From IMG/VR virus record IMGVR_UViG_3300031998_000076, positions 1,391 through 65,390 of that record: DNA of 64,000 nt; one strand, given 5' to 3'. The notes under the pieces were generated by a model. That model was not told the origin of the DNA, did no database searches, and was given only the letters and a program-made list of their open reading frames with translations. The translations under genes and the position numbers were made by a program. This DNA is from a virus. Lineage: Duplodnaviria > Caudoviricetes. Each line of letters opens with the position of its first letter. Position 1 is the first letter of the stretch. Positions 8,979-17,268 of the stretch are shown here, piece by piece.

Positions 8979-9137
8979 TCATCTTTTTGTCGGCATAATT
9001 GCCTGTTCAAATCCAGTTACCCGGAATAAATCAGGAACCTGCCGCCTGCGATGCCTCAGTCTGATCCTCTCCAGGATTGTCATTCTCCGGCCGATCTTCC
9101 CGGAAACGGCCGGGCAGTAGCAATACCTTGACTTCAT
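8979..9137 (-). CDS. Small basic hypothetical protein (52 aa)
   Basis: Manual translation MKSRYCYCPAVSGKIGRRMTILERIRLRHRRR... Confidence 0.35.
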   Translation of the reverse strand: MKSRYCYCPAVSGKIGRRMTILERIRLRHRRRQVPDLFRVTGFEQAIMPTKR

Positions 9138-9141
9138 CTGA

Positions 9142-9399
9142 TCACACCCTTTCCACTCTTACGATCAGCGCATCAATGTCCGTAGAAAGATCACTCACCG
9201 CGTCACAGATCTCATTCAGATCATCATCCCAAATGGTTTCATCAGAACCCGTGCCATCCAGGATCATCTCCGCACGCTGGACAAGATCCCTTGCCTCTCT
9301 CAGCTTGCCGGAAATGTGCTTTGCCATGTCCTTGCTCTTTGACTCAAGTTCACCGAAAGCAATCTCTTCCGCAACCCCGCGGCCCGCATCACCGATCAT
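9142..9399 (-). CDS. Hypothetical helical protein
   Basis: ORF track; AGGAGGGAG RBS before MIGDAG. Confidence 0.6.
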   Translation of the reverse strand: MIGDAGRGVAEEIAFGELESKSKDMAKHISGKLREARDLVQRAEMILDGTGSDETIWDDDLNEICDAVSDLSTDIDALIVRVERV

Positions 9400-9661
9400 T
9401 CTCTCCCTCCTTCCTATTGATAATCCCGAGCTGGATCTCATCCGCCTCCTTCATCCATGCCTCATGATCTTTGTTCAGGAAGCAGATGGTCTTCTGAACA
9501 TCCAGGACATAAGATCCGATCATGTCCTTCTCCCGATAACCCTTGCAAGCAGAAGACGCTTTTTTAAGGGCTGCTGACGCTTTTCCGAGCGCAGCGAGCG
9601 CGTTGTGGATCTCCACCAGCGCTGCTCTCAGCGCCCGATTCCGTTTCACATCTTCTTCCAT
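9389..9661 (-). CDS. Hypothetical helical protein
   Basis: ORF track; GAGGAGG RBS. Confidence 0.6.
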   Translation of the reverse strand: MEEDVKRNRALRAALVEIHNALAALGKASAALKKASSACKGYREKDMIGSYVLDVQKTICFLNKDHEAWMKEADEIQLGIINRKEGENDR

Positions 9662-9675
9662 AATGGAAATCCTCC

Positions 9676-9921
9676 TCACGTTCTGATCCGCGGAACAATA
9701 TGTCCGTCATGTCGTGCCATCTTCTTTCGAGCTACACGGCCCGTTTTTACCTCTCTCACGGGGTGGACGGTTCTTTCATCATCCCATTCCTTAATGGCGG
9801 ATTCTGTGACCGTCAGGGGCTTCTCTGTGTGCCTCATTTGCCTCATGTACTTTCGCGCGGTGGATTCCGCGCACCCATACCTCTTACGAATGTCCGGCAC
9901 TCTGAAAATCTGCTCAAGCAT
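9676..9921 (-). CDS. Excisionase-like HTH protein
   Basis: IFRVPDIRKRYGCAESTARKYMRQ; directly downstream of cro. Confidence 0.55.
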   Translation of the reverse strand: MLEQIFRVPDIRKRYGCAESTARKYMRQMRHTEKPLTVTESAIKEWDDERTVHPVREVKTGRVARKKMARHDGHIVPRIRT

Positions 9922-10135
9922 CAGTATCACTTCCGGTATCAGCAATGAGATTGTCAACCGTCGTATCCAGCGCTTTTGCGATCTGATGCACACGATCCAC
10001 GGAAGGAACCGTTGAATCCGATTCATATCTCTGAATGGAAACCCGCGGAACATTTGCTTTCAACGCAAGAGCGCCCTGAGAAAGCCCAAGCCTTCTCCGA
10101 CGCTTTCGGATTGCACCTCCGATTGTATCAGACAT
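9914..10135 (-). CDS. Cro-like XRE HTH regulator
   Basis: IRKRRRRLGLSQGALALKANVPRVSIQRYESD; divergent from cI. Confidence 0.85.
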   Translation of the reverse strand: MSDTIGGAIRKRRRRLGLSQGALALKANVPRVSIQRYESDSTVPSVDRVHQIAKALDTTVDNLIADTGSDTDA

Positions 10136-10155
10136 TGTATCACCTCCAACTTTTA

Positions 10156-10228
10156 ATATCGCAGCCCTGATATAATATAACTCAATAGTGATACAATGTC
10201 AACAGCCAAAATCGCAGCCCCGCGATTT
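10156..10228 (-). promoter_or_regulatory. Lysis/lysogeny switch: cro promoter flanked by two operator-like palindromes
   Basis: TTGACA (10197-10202), 17 bp, TATATT (10174-10179) on the minus strand. ATATC-GCAGCCCT-GATAT (10156-10173) and AAATCGC-AGCCCC-GCGATTT (10209-10228) share ATCGCAGCCC. Confidence 0.7.
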
Positions 10229-10266
10229 AATTTTGTCACAGAACTGATATCATGATTGCGAGGTGA

Positions 10267-10875
10267 ATGATAATGAACAGAATAAGAATGCTCAGGAACC
10301 AACTTGACATGACCCAGGAACGATTTTCCGAGTATTGCGATGTTTCCAGGGCATCCATTGCCAGATATGAGGCCGGAGAGAGAATAGACAGAACGAACGC
10401 AGAAAAGATTGCATCTGCCTGCGGAACAACCGTTGACTTTGTACTTGGATACGGCCCAACGCCAAAGAACCTGTCAGAAGTATTTATGATTAAAAAACAA
10501 GCAATCCCGATCATCGGTGAGATTGCTTGTGGATTTCCAATAAACGCTGAACAAAATATAGAAGGATATGCAGATCTTCCTGATGGAATCCATGCCGACT
10601 TTGCACTAAGATGCAAAGGAGACAGCATGACCCCAACATTCCTGGACGGAGATCTTGTCCTTGTCAGAAACCAGCCGGATGTGGAAGACGGACAGATAGC
10701 AGTCATTCTCCTGGACAGAGAGGCCACACTGAAGCACGTCTATCACCACGGATCTGAACTGATCCTCGTTGCAGACAACCCGACTTACCCTCCGATCCGC
10801 GCTTCCTTAAATAATGATAATCCTGTGACGATCCAGGGGCTGGCCATCGGCTATACCAGGATGCTCGTAAAATGA
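10267..10875 (+). CDS. cI: CI/LexA-like repressor (XRE HTH plus S24 peptidase)
   Basis: N-terminal HTH; IPIIGEIACG cleavage region; CKGDSM catalytic Ser; ATLKH catalytic Lys. Confidence 0.92.
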   Translation: MIMNRIRMLRNQLDMTQERFSEYCDVSRASIARYEAGERIDRTNAEKIASACGTTVDFVLGYGPTPKNLSEVFMIKKQAIPIIGEIACGFPINAEQNIEGYADLPDGIHADFALRCKGDSMTPTFLDGDLVLVRNQPDVEDGQIAVILLDREATLKHVYHHGSELILVADNPTYPPIRASLNNDNPVTIQGLAIGYTRMLVK

Positions 10876-10876
10876 T

Positions 10877-12082
10877 ATGGGACGTCAGAAGAAACAGCAT
10901 CTCAAACAACGCAAGGATGGAAGATTCGTTGCCGTGTATCACGGAATCCAGTTTATGGGATGGACTGAAGAAGAGGCTTTGAATGCCAGGAAAGAATACC
11001 AGGATCTCGAACGAGAGGGAATGAAAAAATCCAGGACCGTAAAAGACTTCGGTCTGGAATGGCTCCCGGCAACACATCCAAAGGCGGCCGTTTCAGACAG
11101 CACTTATGTTGGCCTTGCGATCCACCTGGAAAAACTGATCAAACAAATCGGAGATCTTTACCTGGACAAAGTGACTCCCCTGGACATCAAGGAAGTTTAC
11201 ACGGCAGAATACAACGGACTTTCCAACTCATACATAAAGGCCGGAAAACAATTGTTCTGCGCCCTCTTTGACGCTGCCATGGCAAATGGATACTGCCGGA
11301 CAAACCCGGCGAGAGATCGATCCTCACGGCCACACAAAGGCACATACAAAGGCCATCGTTCCATTACTGCCCAGGAGAGGTGGTGGATTGAAAATCTCTG
11401 CAAAGATCACCGCGCACATCCAGCGGTCATTACTATGCTCTACGCCGGCATCCGGCCTCAGGAGATGAAGTCTCTGAAGATTGACAGGGATGTGGACTTC
11501 AAGGCCGGAACGATCACCCTGTCTGAGTTCGTTCATATTGATAATGATAATCACAACCAGTATGAAAGAACCTCAGAAGGCAAGAACGATTTTGCAAAAC
11601 GAACGATCCCACTACTGCCTCCCGTCAGAAAAGTCCTGGAAGGGAAGAAAGGATATCTGATCACCTCTGCCAGCGGTAAACCCGTGAACATCCAAGCCTG
11701 GAAGAGTGTTTGGGAATCATATAAGAATTGCATGGAGACTGCCATAAATGGCTTGTCAAAAAGATGGTACGGAAAAACAAAGCAACAACAAGAATTGCGA
11801 CAAGCCGGAAAACTTCCTCCCTGGATCAGCTTCAACATCACCCCTTACGATCTCAGGGTTTCCTTCTGCACCATGTGCAGAGACTCAAACCCTCCGGTCG
11901 AACTCAACACGTGTATCCACTGGATGGGGCATTCAGACGCGAAAATGATCCTCAAGATCTATGACCAGTATTCAGATGAAAGAGGGAAAAAAGAGGCAAA
12001 AAAACTCGAAAAATGGCTCAGAAATATGCAAAACGATATGCAGAAAACAAACCAAGGTCCTGGACACAATGAAAATCCTTGA
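10877..12082 (+). CDS. int: Tyrosine integrase
   Basis: N-terminal arm-binding RKDGRF; YAGIRPQE; PYDLR (Tyr in place of the usual His of HxxR); WMGHSD; IYDQY. Confidence 0.93.
   Translation: MGRQKKQHLKQRKDGRFVAVYHGIQFMGWTEEEALNARKEYQDLEREGMKKSRTVKDFGLEWLPATHPKAAVSDSTYVGLAIHLEKLIKQIGDLYLDKVTPLDIKEVYTAEYNGLSNSYIKAGKQLFCALFDAAMANGYCRTNPARDRSSRPHKGTYKGHRSITAQERWWIENLCKDHRAHPAVITMLYAGIRPQEMKSLKIDRDVDFKAGTITLSEFVHIDNDNHNQYERTSEGKNDFAKRTIPLLPPVRKVLEGKKGYLITSASGKPVNIQAWKSVWESYKNCMETAINGLSKRWYGKTKQQQELRQAGKLPPWISFNITPYDLRVSFCTMCRDSNPPVELNTCIHWMGHSDAKMILKIYDQYSDERGKKEAKKLEKWLRNMQNDMQKTNQGPGHNENP
12023..12045 (+). repeat. Integrase arm-type repeats, left of core
   Basis: AATATGCA-AAAC-GATATGCAGAA, within the 3' end of int. 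Confidence 0.65.
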
Positions 12083-12106
12083 TCCGAGATTCCTTGCCTA
12101 CTCCCC

Positions 12107-12150
12107 CTGTTAACCGAAGGGTTGTAGGTTCGAGCCCTACCTGGGGAGCA
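12107..12150 (+). other. attP core: 3' half of tRNA-Asn(GTT)
   Basis: CTGTTAA anticodon loop, then CCGAAGGGTT, T-arm GTAGG-TTCGAGC-CCTAC and CTGGGGAGCA acceptor strand; the 5' half is absent. Confidence 0.85.
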
Positions 12151-12234
12151 TCAGAAAACCTCGCAGAATCAACCGCTGCGAGGTTCTTTTGTGCCTTTCT
12201 TCAGACAATGAATAAAGATAAAAAGTTGTGTTTA

Positions 12235-12268
12235 CGATATGCAGAAATATGCAGAACGATATGCAGAA
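12235..12268 (+). repeat. Integrase arm-type repeats, right of core
   Basis: CGATATGCAGAA-ATATGCAGAA-CGATATGCAGAA. Confidence 0.7.
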
Positions 12269-12294
12269 GGGGAGGAACTTGTCCTCCCCTCAGA

Positions 12295-12708
12295 TCAATC
12301 ATGACGTCCGATCCCAGCGAAGATCTGTTCTGCCCATCCGAACAAATGCGCCTTGTCTCCAAGATCCTCCTTCAGACTCTCAGCAGTTTCCTCACTCATG
12401 GAAGCGAACTCAGGACCGTCATCCCCATAGACTTCCTTGATGATCAGCATATCCCCCACAATCGGTTGACCATGAAGATCCGTTCCATACAACCAGGAAC
12501 CCGCGATGTTGATCACATTCTCCTTGAGCAGCCCTTCCTCGTCGACAATCATTATCAAACCTTCTGCAAGTCGATCCCTTGGCCGGACAACCTCAATCCA
12601 ATCACATCCGATCTGTTTGGCCAACCACTTGTAATCGAAATCCTCAGGAGCATCCAGGATCTCCACATCGCCGAAAACAGGAACCTTAACGATCTTTTCC
12701 ATTTGCAT
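12295..12708 (-). CDS. DUF3846-family protein
   Basis: IGCDWIEVV...IVDEEGLLKENVIN..GSWLY....IVGDMLI. Confidence 0.75.
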   Translation of the reverse strand: MQMEKIVKVPVFGDVEILDAPEDFDYKWLAKQIGCDWIEVVRPRDRLAEGLIMIVDEEGLLKENVINIAGSWLYGTDLHGQPIVGDMLIIKEVYGDDGPEFASMSEETAESLKEDLGDKAHLFGWAEQIFAGIGRHD

Positions 12709-13039
12709 TGCCCTCCTTCCAATCATTTCGGCTGTTATACCACAGATGGAGAGTCTTTTCTCCATTCTGATGAGTATCGATCTGCACGATCCTCATGTCA
12801 TCGCAATCCCCATAAACCGTCCATCCTTTCTTGCCAAACCCAGCGCCGGAATCGGCAGCCCACACAACGGAATGAGGATCATCGAAGCGGTTTTTCCATT
12901 CACCATAAAGCATCCCGCAAGCGGCCTTTTCCTCTTCATGACTTGCTTTCTCGATGTCCTCCATGATCCGATAAAACAGATCGGCATCGAGATACCTGTC
13001 GAGAACTTCTCCGACAGAAACCATGCTCACGCGATTCAT
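12686..13039 (-). CDS. Hypothetical early protein
   Basis: ORF track; start MNRVSM overlaps the upstream stop. Confidence 0.6.
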   Translation of the reverse strand: MNRVSMVSVGEVLDRYLDADLFYRIMEDIEKASHEEEKAACGMLYGEWKNRFDDPHSVVWAADSGAGFGKKGWTVYGDCDDMRIVQIDTHQNGEKTLHLWYNSRNDWKEGNANGKDR

Positions 13040-13338
13040 CAGCAACCCTCCTTTACTCTGACAACCCAAATCCCTTCTGCCAGCGCATCCCAAAGGTAAT
13101 CATAGACATTTTCGTACCGGATCTCGTCTTCCTCCTGATCCCAATCATTGAACCAATCGGTCAGATCTGCGAAATCCATGATGCAAGCATGATCATTATC
13201 ATTCTCCATGCCCTCAACCAGGAACAGCAGACCATTGAGATCCTCGTTCTTCCACCCGCGATAATCGAATGTGAAACCGTCCTCATTCGCCCAAAGGACA
13301 TCTTCGTTCCGAACCATCCTCGTCATTGCCTTGCCCAT
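13039..13338 (-). CDS. Very acidic small early protein (99 aa)
   Basis: GGAGAAAGG RBS; 25 D/E against 8 K/R by hand count; first gene after promoter P3. Confidence 0.65.
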   Translation of the reverse strand: MGKAMTRMVRNEDVLWANEDGFTFDYRGWKNEDLNGLLFLVEGMENDNDHACIMDFADLTDWFNDWDQEEDEIRYENVYDYLWDALAEGIWVVRVKEGC

Positions 13339-13398
13339 CCTTTCTCCGCCATTCCAAGGGAGGCAGCGCCCCTGTGAGATCCACACCGGTCCCATATA

Positions 13399-13428
13399 AT
13401 TATATTACTTTGGCAACGGTAAATCAGC
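13399..13428 (-). promoter_or_regulatory. Early promoter P3 with TTAC-N10-GTAA palindrome
   Basis: CTGATT, 17 bp, TATAAT; same architecture as 15478-15507 and 17143-17172. Confidence 0.75.
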
Positions 13429-13492
13429 GTCTTTTGAGGATTTAGTAATTGTGTAGCAATATGCCACCGACCAATAAGATCGGCGGCCTTCA

Positions 13493-13894
13493 TTATCCGA
13501 CATACTCCTGGATCGGTCCTCTGTTGTGATCCCACATCAATTGACACTCTCCCTTTGCCTCAAGATCGTACACATAAGCGAAACTATAACAATGAGGCGC
13601 ATGAAGCTGATCCTTCGCAAACTGGATTGCATCATCAGGATTTTCAAACCAGCATTCAGAGGTGTTGCTTCTGCTCAGCCCGTAAAAAACCGAATACCTC
13701 TTGATTCCGGCCTCCCTTGCCAGCCGGAAACACTCAAGCCTCTGCTTCGCAATCTCAGCAAGCTCAGATCTTGTCACCGCGTAACTGTCCGACATATTTG
13801 CCATAAACTCATTGTCTTTCAGGATTTCCAATGCCCGGGCAAGATCATCCCCAGTATGGATCTCCCACTTTCTTCCGAATCTGACCCTTTCCAT
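13493..13894 (-). CDS. Hypothetical early protein
   Basis: ORF track; GGAGG RBS at the foot of the 13905-13928 hairpin. Confidence 0.65.
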   Translation of the reverse strand: MERVRFGRKWEIHTGDDLARALEILKDNEFMANMSDSYAVTRSELAEIAKQRLECFRLAREAGIKRYSVFYGLSRSNTSECWFENPDDAIQFAKDQLHAPHCYSFAYVYDLEAKGECQLMWDHNRGPIQEYVG

Positions 13895-13939
13895 ATAAAC
13901 CTCCAGCCCCGGATATACCGCCGGGGCTCGGTTGTCAAG

Positions 13940-14119
13940 TCACTCTTCCACCGTCAGATAGCTGAACATACAGTTCAGAGACATCCTGGGTTTTGCGAGG
14001 AAATCATTTATTTCCTCATCAGTCATATTGGGATACCACTTCCTGATGTGCTTCTTGGCCTGTTCCTTGCTCAGTTCTTCGACCCCACTGCCATCTTTCC
14101 ACTCGCGCAGATACTTCAT
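13940..14119 (-). CDS. Hypothetical early protein (59 aa)
   Basis: AAAGGAGGTGAG RBS before MKYLREW. Confidence 0.65.
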   Translation of the reverse strand: MKYLREWKDGSGVEELSKEQAKKHIRKWYPNMTDEEINDFLAKPRMSLNCMFSYLTVEE

Positions 14120-14370
14120 GCTCTCACCTCCTTTCTGATAAGACCCATCTTCTCCCATGCCTTTGCGAGAAGGCCATCCACCGGATCATTGCCACACATG
14201 GCAACGGTCCCGCAGATCCTGTCCAGGAACCCATACTCTCGGCCGAGCATCTCTCCGAGTTCCGTGTAGACCCACACGGTGCAATGCTTCGCCCAAAGCT
14301 CCTCCTTGAGTTTGTTGCTCAGTTCGATCGCATGATGGATCTTGAGCCTCTCCTCCATTGTCATTGCCAT
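14116..14370 (-). CDS. Hypothetical early protein
   Basis: AAGGAGGTA RBS before MAMTMEERLK. Confidence 0.65.
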   Translation of the reverse strand: MAMTMEERLKIHHAIELSNKLKEELWAKHCTVWVYTELGEMLGREYGFLDRICGTVAMCGNDPVDGLLAKAWEKMGLIRKEVRA

Positions 14371-14432
14371 TACCTCCTTCTTCAGCATGGTGCTGACTGC
14401 GAGAGGAGGAATCCCCCTCCCGTCTGTCAACA

Positions 14433-14630
14433 TCACTGGAATCCGAAGAAATCCCTCATGTCCTTCCGAGCGTCCCACGCCGCTTGATAACTCCCGAAGT
14501 TTTTGATTGCATGGTCTGCGATATTGTCCCTCTGATGCCTCCATACCGCACCATCATTCCGAAACCCAACCTTTTCCGCGATTCTCATCGTCAGCGCCCG
14601 AACGAGCCTTTCATACCTTTTCCTTGTCAT
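14433..14630 (-). CDS. Hypothetical early protein
   Basis: GGGAGGG RBS before MTRKRYERL. Confidence 0.6.
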   Translation of the reverse strand: MTRKRYERLVRALTMRIAEKVGFRNDGAVWRHQRDNIADHAIKNFGSYQAAWDARKDMRDFFGFQ

Positions 14631-14631
14631 C

Positions 14632-14955
14632 TCAATCCCTCCCATCTTTGTTCTGCTCCACAACCACATGGAGAAAACCTCTGCCATTCAAAGGCCGCTC
14701 AATCTGATGCCTCTTGCGAAACACCGGATAAGTGATCCCTCCGCGAGGCCCAATGAAAATGTGGGCATGATCCCTTGCGAAGATCGCGGCCATAGTCCCT
14801 TCATCACCAGGAAGACCCACTACAACAACCAATGAAAGAATGCCATTCACACCGATTTCATCAATTTCCCAACGCTTGATCTCATACCGATCTCTGCAAT
14901 ACCTCTGCACATCACTGCGGAAACCGGAGATCGCTTTCTCCTGCAGTTTGTTCAT
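14632..14955 (-). CDS. Hypothetical early protein
   Basis: GGAGGTG RBS before MNKLQEKAI. Confidence 0.65.
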   Translation of the reverse strand: MNKLQEKAISGFRSDVQRYCRDRYEIKRWEIDEIGVNGILSLVVVVGLPGDEGTMAAIFARDHAHIFIGPRGGITYPVFRKRHQIERPLNGRGFLHVVVEQNKDGRD

Positions 14956-14956
14956 T

Positions 14957-15097
14957 TCACACCTCCACAACTCCGGCCACTTCACAAAGCCAGCACTCAA
15001 ACTCTTCATCCGTGAAATCCTCGGCATCTTCCATGAAAGTGTCCCACAGTTCCTGTTCATCGAAGATGTCCCCATAGGCATTCATGTACTTTTTCAT
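14957..15097 (-). CDS. Very acidic 46-aa early protein
   Basis: AAAGGAGG RBS; MKKYMNAYGDIFDEQELWDTFMEDAEDFTDEEFECWLCEVAGVVEV (15 D/E, 2 K). Confidence 0.65.
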   Translation of the reverse strand: MKKYMNAYGDIFDEQELWDTFMEDAEDFTDEEFECWLCEVAGVVEV

Positions 15098-15110
15098 CTC
15101 AGTCCTCCTT

Positions 15111-15407
15111 TCAATGGTTGTCACACCAATCCATTGCATCCCGCATCGCATGGCCAAGATCATCGAAGATCTTGTTTCCCATCCACACACATTTCCAATC
15201 TCCGTCTTCCAGGACATAAACCATTCCAATGGAAATCTTTCCATCTCCGACAGCACCGACCACAAGATCTCCATAGTGCATATACGCGTTTCCCCACAGG
15301 ATGCCAACTCTCAGGTTTTCTTTTTTGATGATGCTGTCGGTGCGGAACACATGGCCATCAACAACCTTCTCGCACCTGTCCCATCCACCTTTAACGAACC
15401 TTTTCAT
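15111..15407 (-). CDS. Hypothetical early protein
   Basis: GGAGGG RBS; first gene after promoter P2. Confidence 0.65.
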   Translation of the reverse strand: MKRFVKGGWDRCEKVVDGHVFRTDSIIKKENLRVGILWGNAYMHYGDLVVGAVGDGKISIGMVYVLEDGDWKCVWMGNKIFDDLGHAMRDAMDWCDNH

Positions 15408-15477
15408 CTCAAACCCTCCAATCTCCGTCGCTCACCGGAGGACGGTCTCCGCCGGAACCCCTACCGGTCCCGTAAAC

Positions 15478-15507
15478 ATTATATTACTTCTACCATTGTA
15501 ATACAGC
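15478..15507 (-). promoter_or_regulatory. Early promoter P2 with TATTAC-N10-GTAATA palindrome
   Basis: CTGTAT, 17 bp, TATAAT. Confidence 0.75.
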
Positions 15508-15556
15508 CTTAAATCGAATAAATTAGTAGAATTGTAGTAATTAAAAAAGTCCGGGA

Positions 15557-15763
15557 TCAACTCCCGGACCGGATCATGTCTGTCAATATCAGATCCTTCA
15601 GATACCTGGACAAATTCTGTTGCTGATTCAACCAACTCAGGATCTTCATGTCTTCCTCATTATTATCATTCAGGGCAATACGTTTCTGAACAAGATGAGT
15701 TTTGTTGTATCTGACATTATATGCCGTTTTATTCTTCTGAGCTTGCTCGCTTAGCTTCTGCAT
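15557..15763 (-). CDS. Ribbon-helix-helix-like DNA-binding protein
   Basis: YNKTHLVQKRIALN...DMKILSWL.QQ.NLSRYLKDLI pattern. Confidence 0.55.
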   Translation of the reverse strand: MQKLSEQAQKNKTAYNVRYNKTHLVQKRIALNDNNEEDMKILSWLNQQQNLSRYLKDLILTDMIRSGS

Positions 15764-15953
15764 CCGATCCCCTCCTTGAACCTACATACTTCCCACTTCT
15801 GATCCTATGATCAACATTCTGCTCATCCTCATCCAGCAGCCAGTCTCTTCCTATTTTAACTGCAGTTCTGAAACCTCCGCGTTCAATCTTATGCCTTACA
15901 GAAACCGGAGAAAGTCCGTTTCTCTCCGCATACTCTTTGCACGTAATTAACAC
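15729..15953 (-). CDS. HTH DNA-binding protein (HTH_17/excisionase-like)
   Basis: LITCKEYAERNGLSPVSVRHKIERG...KIGRDWLLD. Confidence 0.75.
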   Translation of the reverse strand: MLITCKEYAERNGLSPVSVRHKIERGGFRTAVKIGRDWLLDEDEQNVDHRIRSGKYVGSRRGSDAEAKRASSEE

Positions 15954-15976
15954 ACAATCCTCTCCTTTCGGAAAGG

Positions 15977-16005
15977 ATTGTATGCCCTTAACGTCCTATT
16001 GTCAA
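15977..16005 (-). promoter_or_regulatory. Sigma-A promoter for the HTH/RHH pair
   Basis: TTGACA, 17 bp, TACAAT, followed by AAAGGAG RBS. Confidence 0.75.
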
Positions 16006-16184
16006 GCCTTGAGCATCTCTGCGATCTCGGCGGATCTCTCCTGGACAAGATCATTCCCATAATCCAGGATCAAAACCGTTTGGATTTCATCGCCTTCTTT
16101 GTAATCGTAGAACTTGCGAACCCTGTCGAAATTATAAAATACTTTCTGCCCATTGGTCTTCGTCAGTTCGATAAACATTTTCAT
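16002..16184 (-). CDS. Hypothetical early protein (60 aa)
   Basis: ORF track; translationally coupled. Confidence 0.6.
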   Translation of the reverse strand: MKMFIELTKTNGQKVFYNFDRVRKFYDYKEGDEIQTVLILDYGNDLVQERSAEIAEMLKA

Positions 16185-16501
16185 TCATCCTCCCACAGTT
16201 TATTTCTTACTTTTTCGATCCTTCTGCTATTGATCCCATACCTTTTGCAATACTCGACAAACCAAAACTTCGCTTCCTTAGATCCGATATAGCCCTCGAC
16301 TCTGCTCTGCTGATCAAATGGAAGTCTCTTCCGATCCCGATAATCCACCAGGACAACAATCGTTCTTATATTCCTTCCATCATCCCTGTGATAGATCTCA
16401 ATGCGAACGCGAAACCCACGGATGGAGGCGAGCATGAACTCATACTCGCCATGTCCCTTCTTGAATTTCTGCCTATATTCCTTCGCTGTCTTGAACATCA
16501 A
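16181..16501 (-). CDS. Hypothetical early protein
   Basis: ORF track; translationally coupled. Confidence 0.6.
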   Translation of the reverse strand: MMFKTAKEYRQKFKKGHGEYEFMLASIRGFRVRIEIYHRDDGRNIRTIVVLVDYRDRKRLPFDQQSRVEGYIGSKEAKFWFVEYCKRYGINSRRIEKVRNKLWEDE

Positions 16502-17103
16502 ACCACCACCTTCCGATAAACATCTCCTGTAAGATAATTGTTGCCATTGTCCCTGATCTCCGACATCTTCTTTCCATAACGGTTCACAATAGGCACCACC
16601 TTGTTGTTGTATGCCTTTCCGAACCCAACAACACGGACAACCTTGTACCCACCGGAATACTCGGAAATGAAAATCCTGTCGCCCTTCTTGATGTCAGCAA
16701 CCGGAACGTCCTCCCCATTCAGGAACTTCTTTCCAAGCTGATCCCTCTTGGGCTGCATGGAGTCGATGCTCTCCAGCATCTCTTTCCTGTCATACTCGTT
16801 CTGCTCACGGACATCCCGCGGATACCTACCGACAATCTTCCAATTGTCCACAATGTAAACACCGTTGTCACCAGGGTCGAGATCCTTGAGGCTGTGGGAA
16901 GTGCTAATCACTCCGAGACTCAGTTCCCCTCCGAACCAGTTCCCGATAACCTGGGCCATGCGAGCGACTCCGTAATCATCAGACCTGAATCCACGCATCC
17001 GACAATAATCCAGGAAAGCCTCCACACTGTCCCTTCCTCCATTCCAATGGAGATAGATCCCACAATCCTCACCCTTGAACTTGATCACAGCACGATTTCC
17101 CAT
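16498..17103 (-). CDS. Conserved phage/MGE protein of unknown function (GNRAVI...IYLHWNGG type)
   Basis: MGNRAVI, GIYLHWNGGRDSVEAFLDYC, DNGVYIV motifs; first gene after promoter P1. Confidence 0.7.
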   Translation of the reverse strand: MGNRAVIKFKGEDCGIYLHWNGGRDSVEAFLDYCRMRGFRSDDYGVARMAQVIGNWFGGELSLGVISTSHSLKDLDPGDNGVYIVDNWKIVGRYPRDVREQNEYDRKEMLESIDSMQPKRDQLGKKFLNGEDVPVADIKKGDRIFISEYSGGYKVVRVVGFGKAYNNKVVPIVNRYGKKMSEIRDNGNNYLTGDVYRKVVV

Positions 17104-17142
17104 TTTTATGCCCTCCTTCTGAGGCCTCCAGGGCCCTACTAC

Positions 17143-17172
17143 ATTATATTACATTGGGAGAAGTAATACAGC
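17143..17172 (-). promoter_or_regulatory. Early promoter P1 with TATTAC-N10-GTAATA palindrome
   Basis: CTGTAT, 17 bp, TATAAT. Confidence 0.75.
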
Positions 17173-17223
17173 CAGGAACTCCATAATTCGTAAATTGTTA
17201 GCAACTTGAAGCATTTTTGGAGC

Positions 17224-17258
17224 AAATAAAAAAATGCTCCCAGCCGCAGCCAGGAGCA
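17224..17258 (-). terminator. Intrinsic terminator ending the late operon
   Basis: TGCTCC...GGAGCA stem followed by TTTTTTTATTT on the minus strand. Confidence 0.8.
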
Positions 17259-17268
17259 AAGATTATCA

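Noticed and set aside
8905-8982. Inverted repeats GAGTTGATG/CATCAACTC and GACCA/TGGTC as an ncRNA
   Set aside because: They fit ordinary terminator or leader hairpins upstream of the gam-erf genes, with no further evidence.
12079-12150. Complete tRNA-Asn gene
   Set aside because: The 5' acceptor strand, D arm and 5' anticodon stem are missing; it is better explained as the attP core.
12079-14269. Plus-strand ORFs 12079-12966 and 13526-14269
   Set aside because: They overlap attP and RBS-supported minus-strand genes and have implausible composition.
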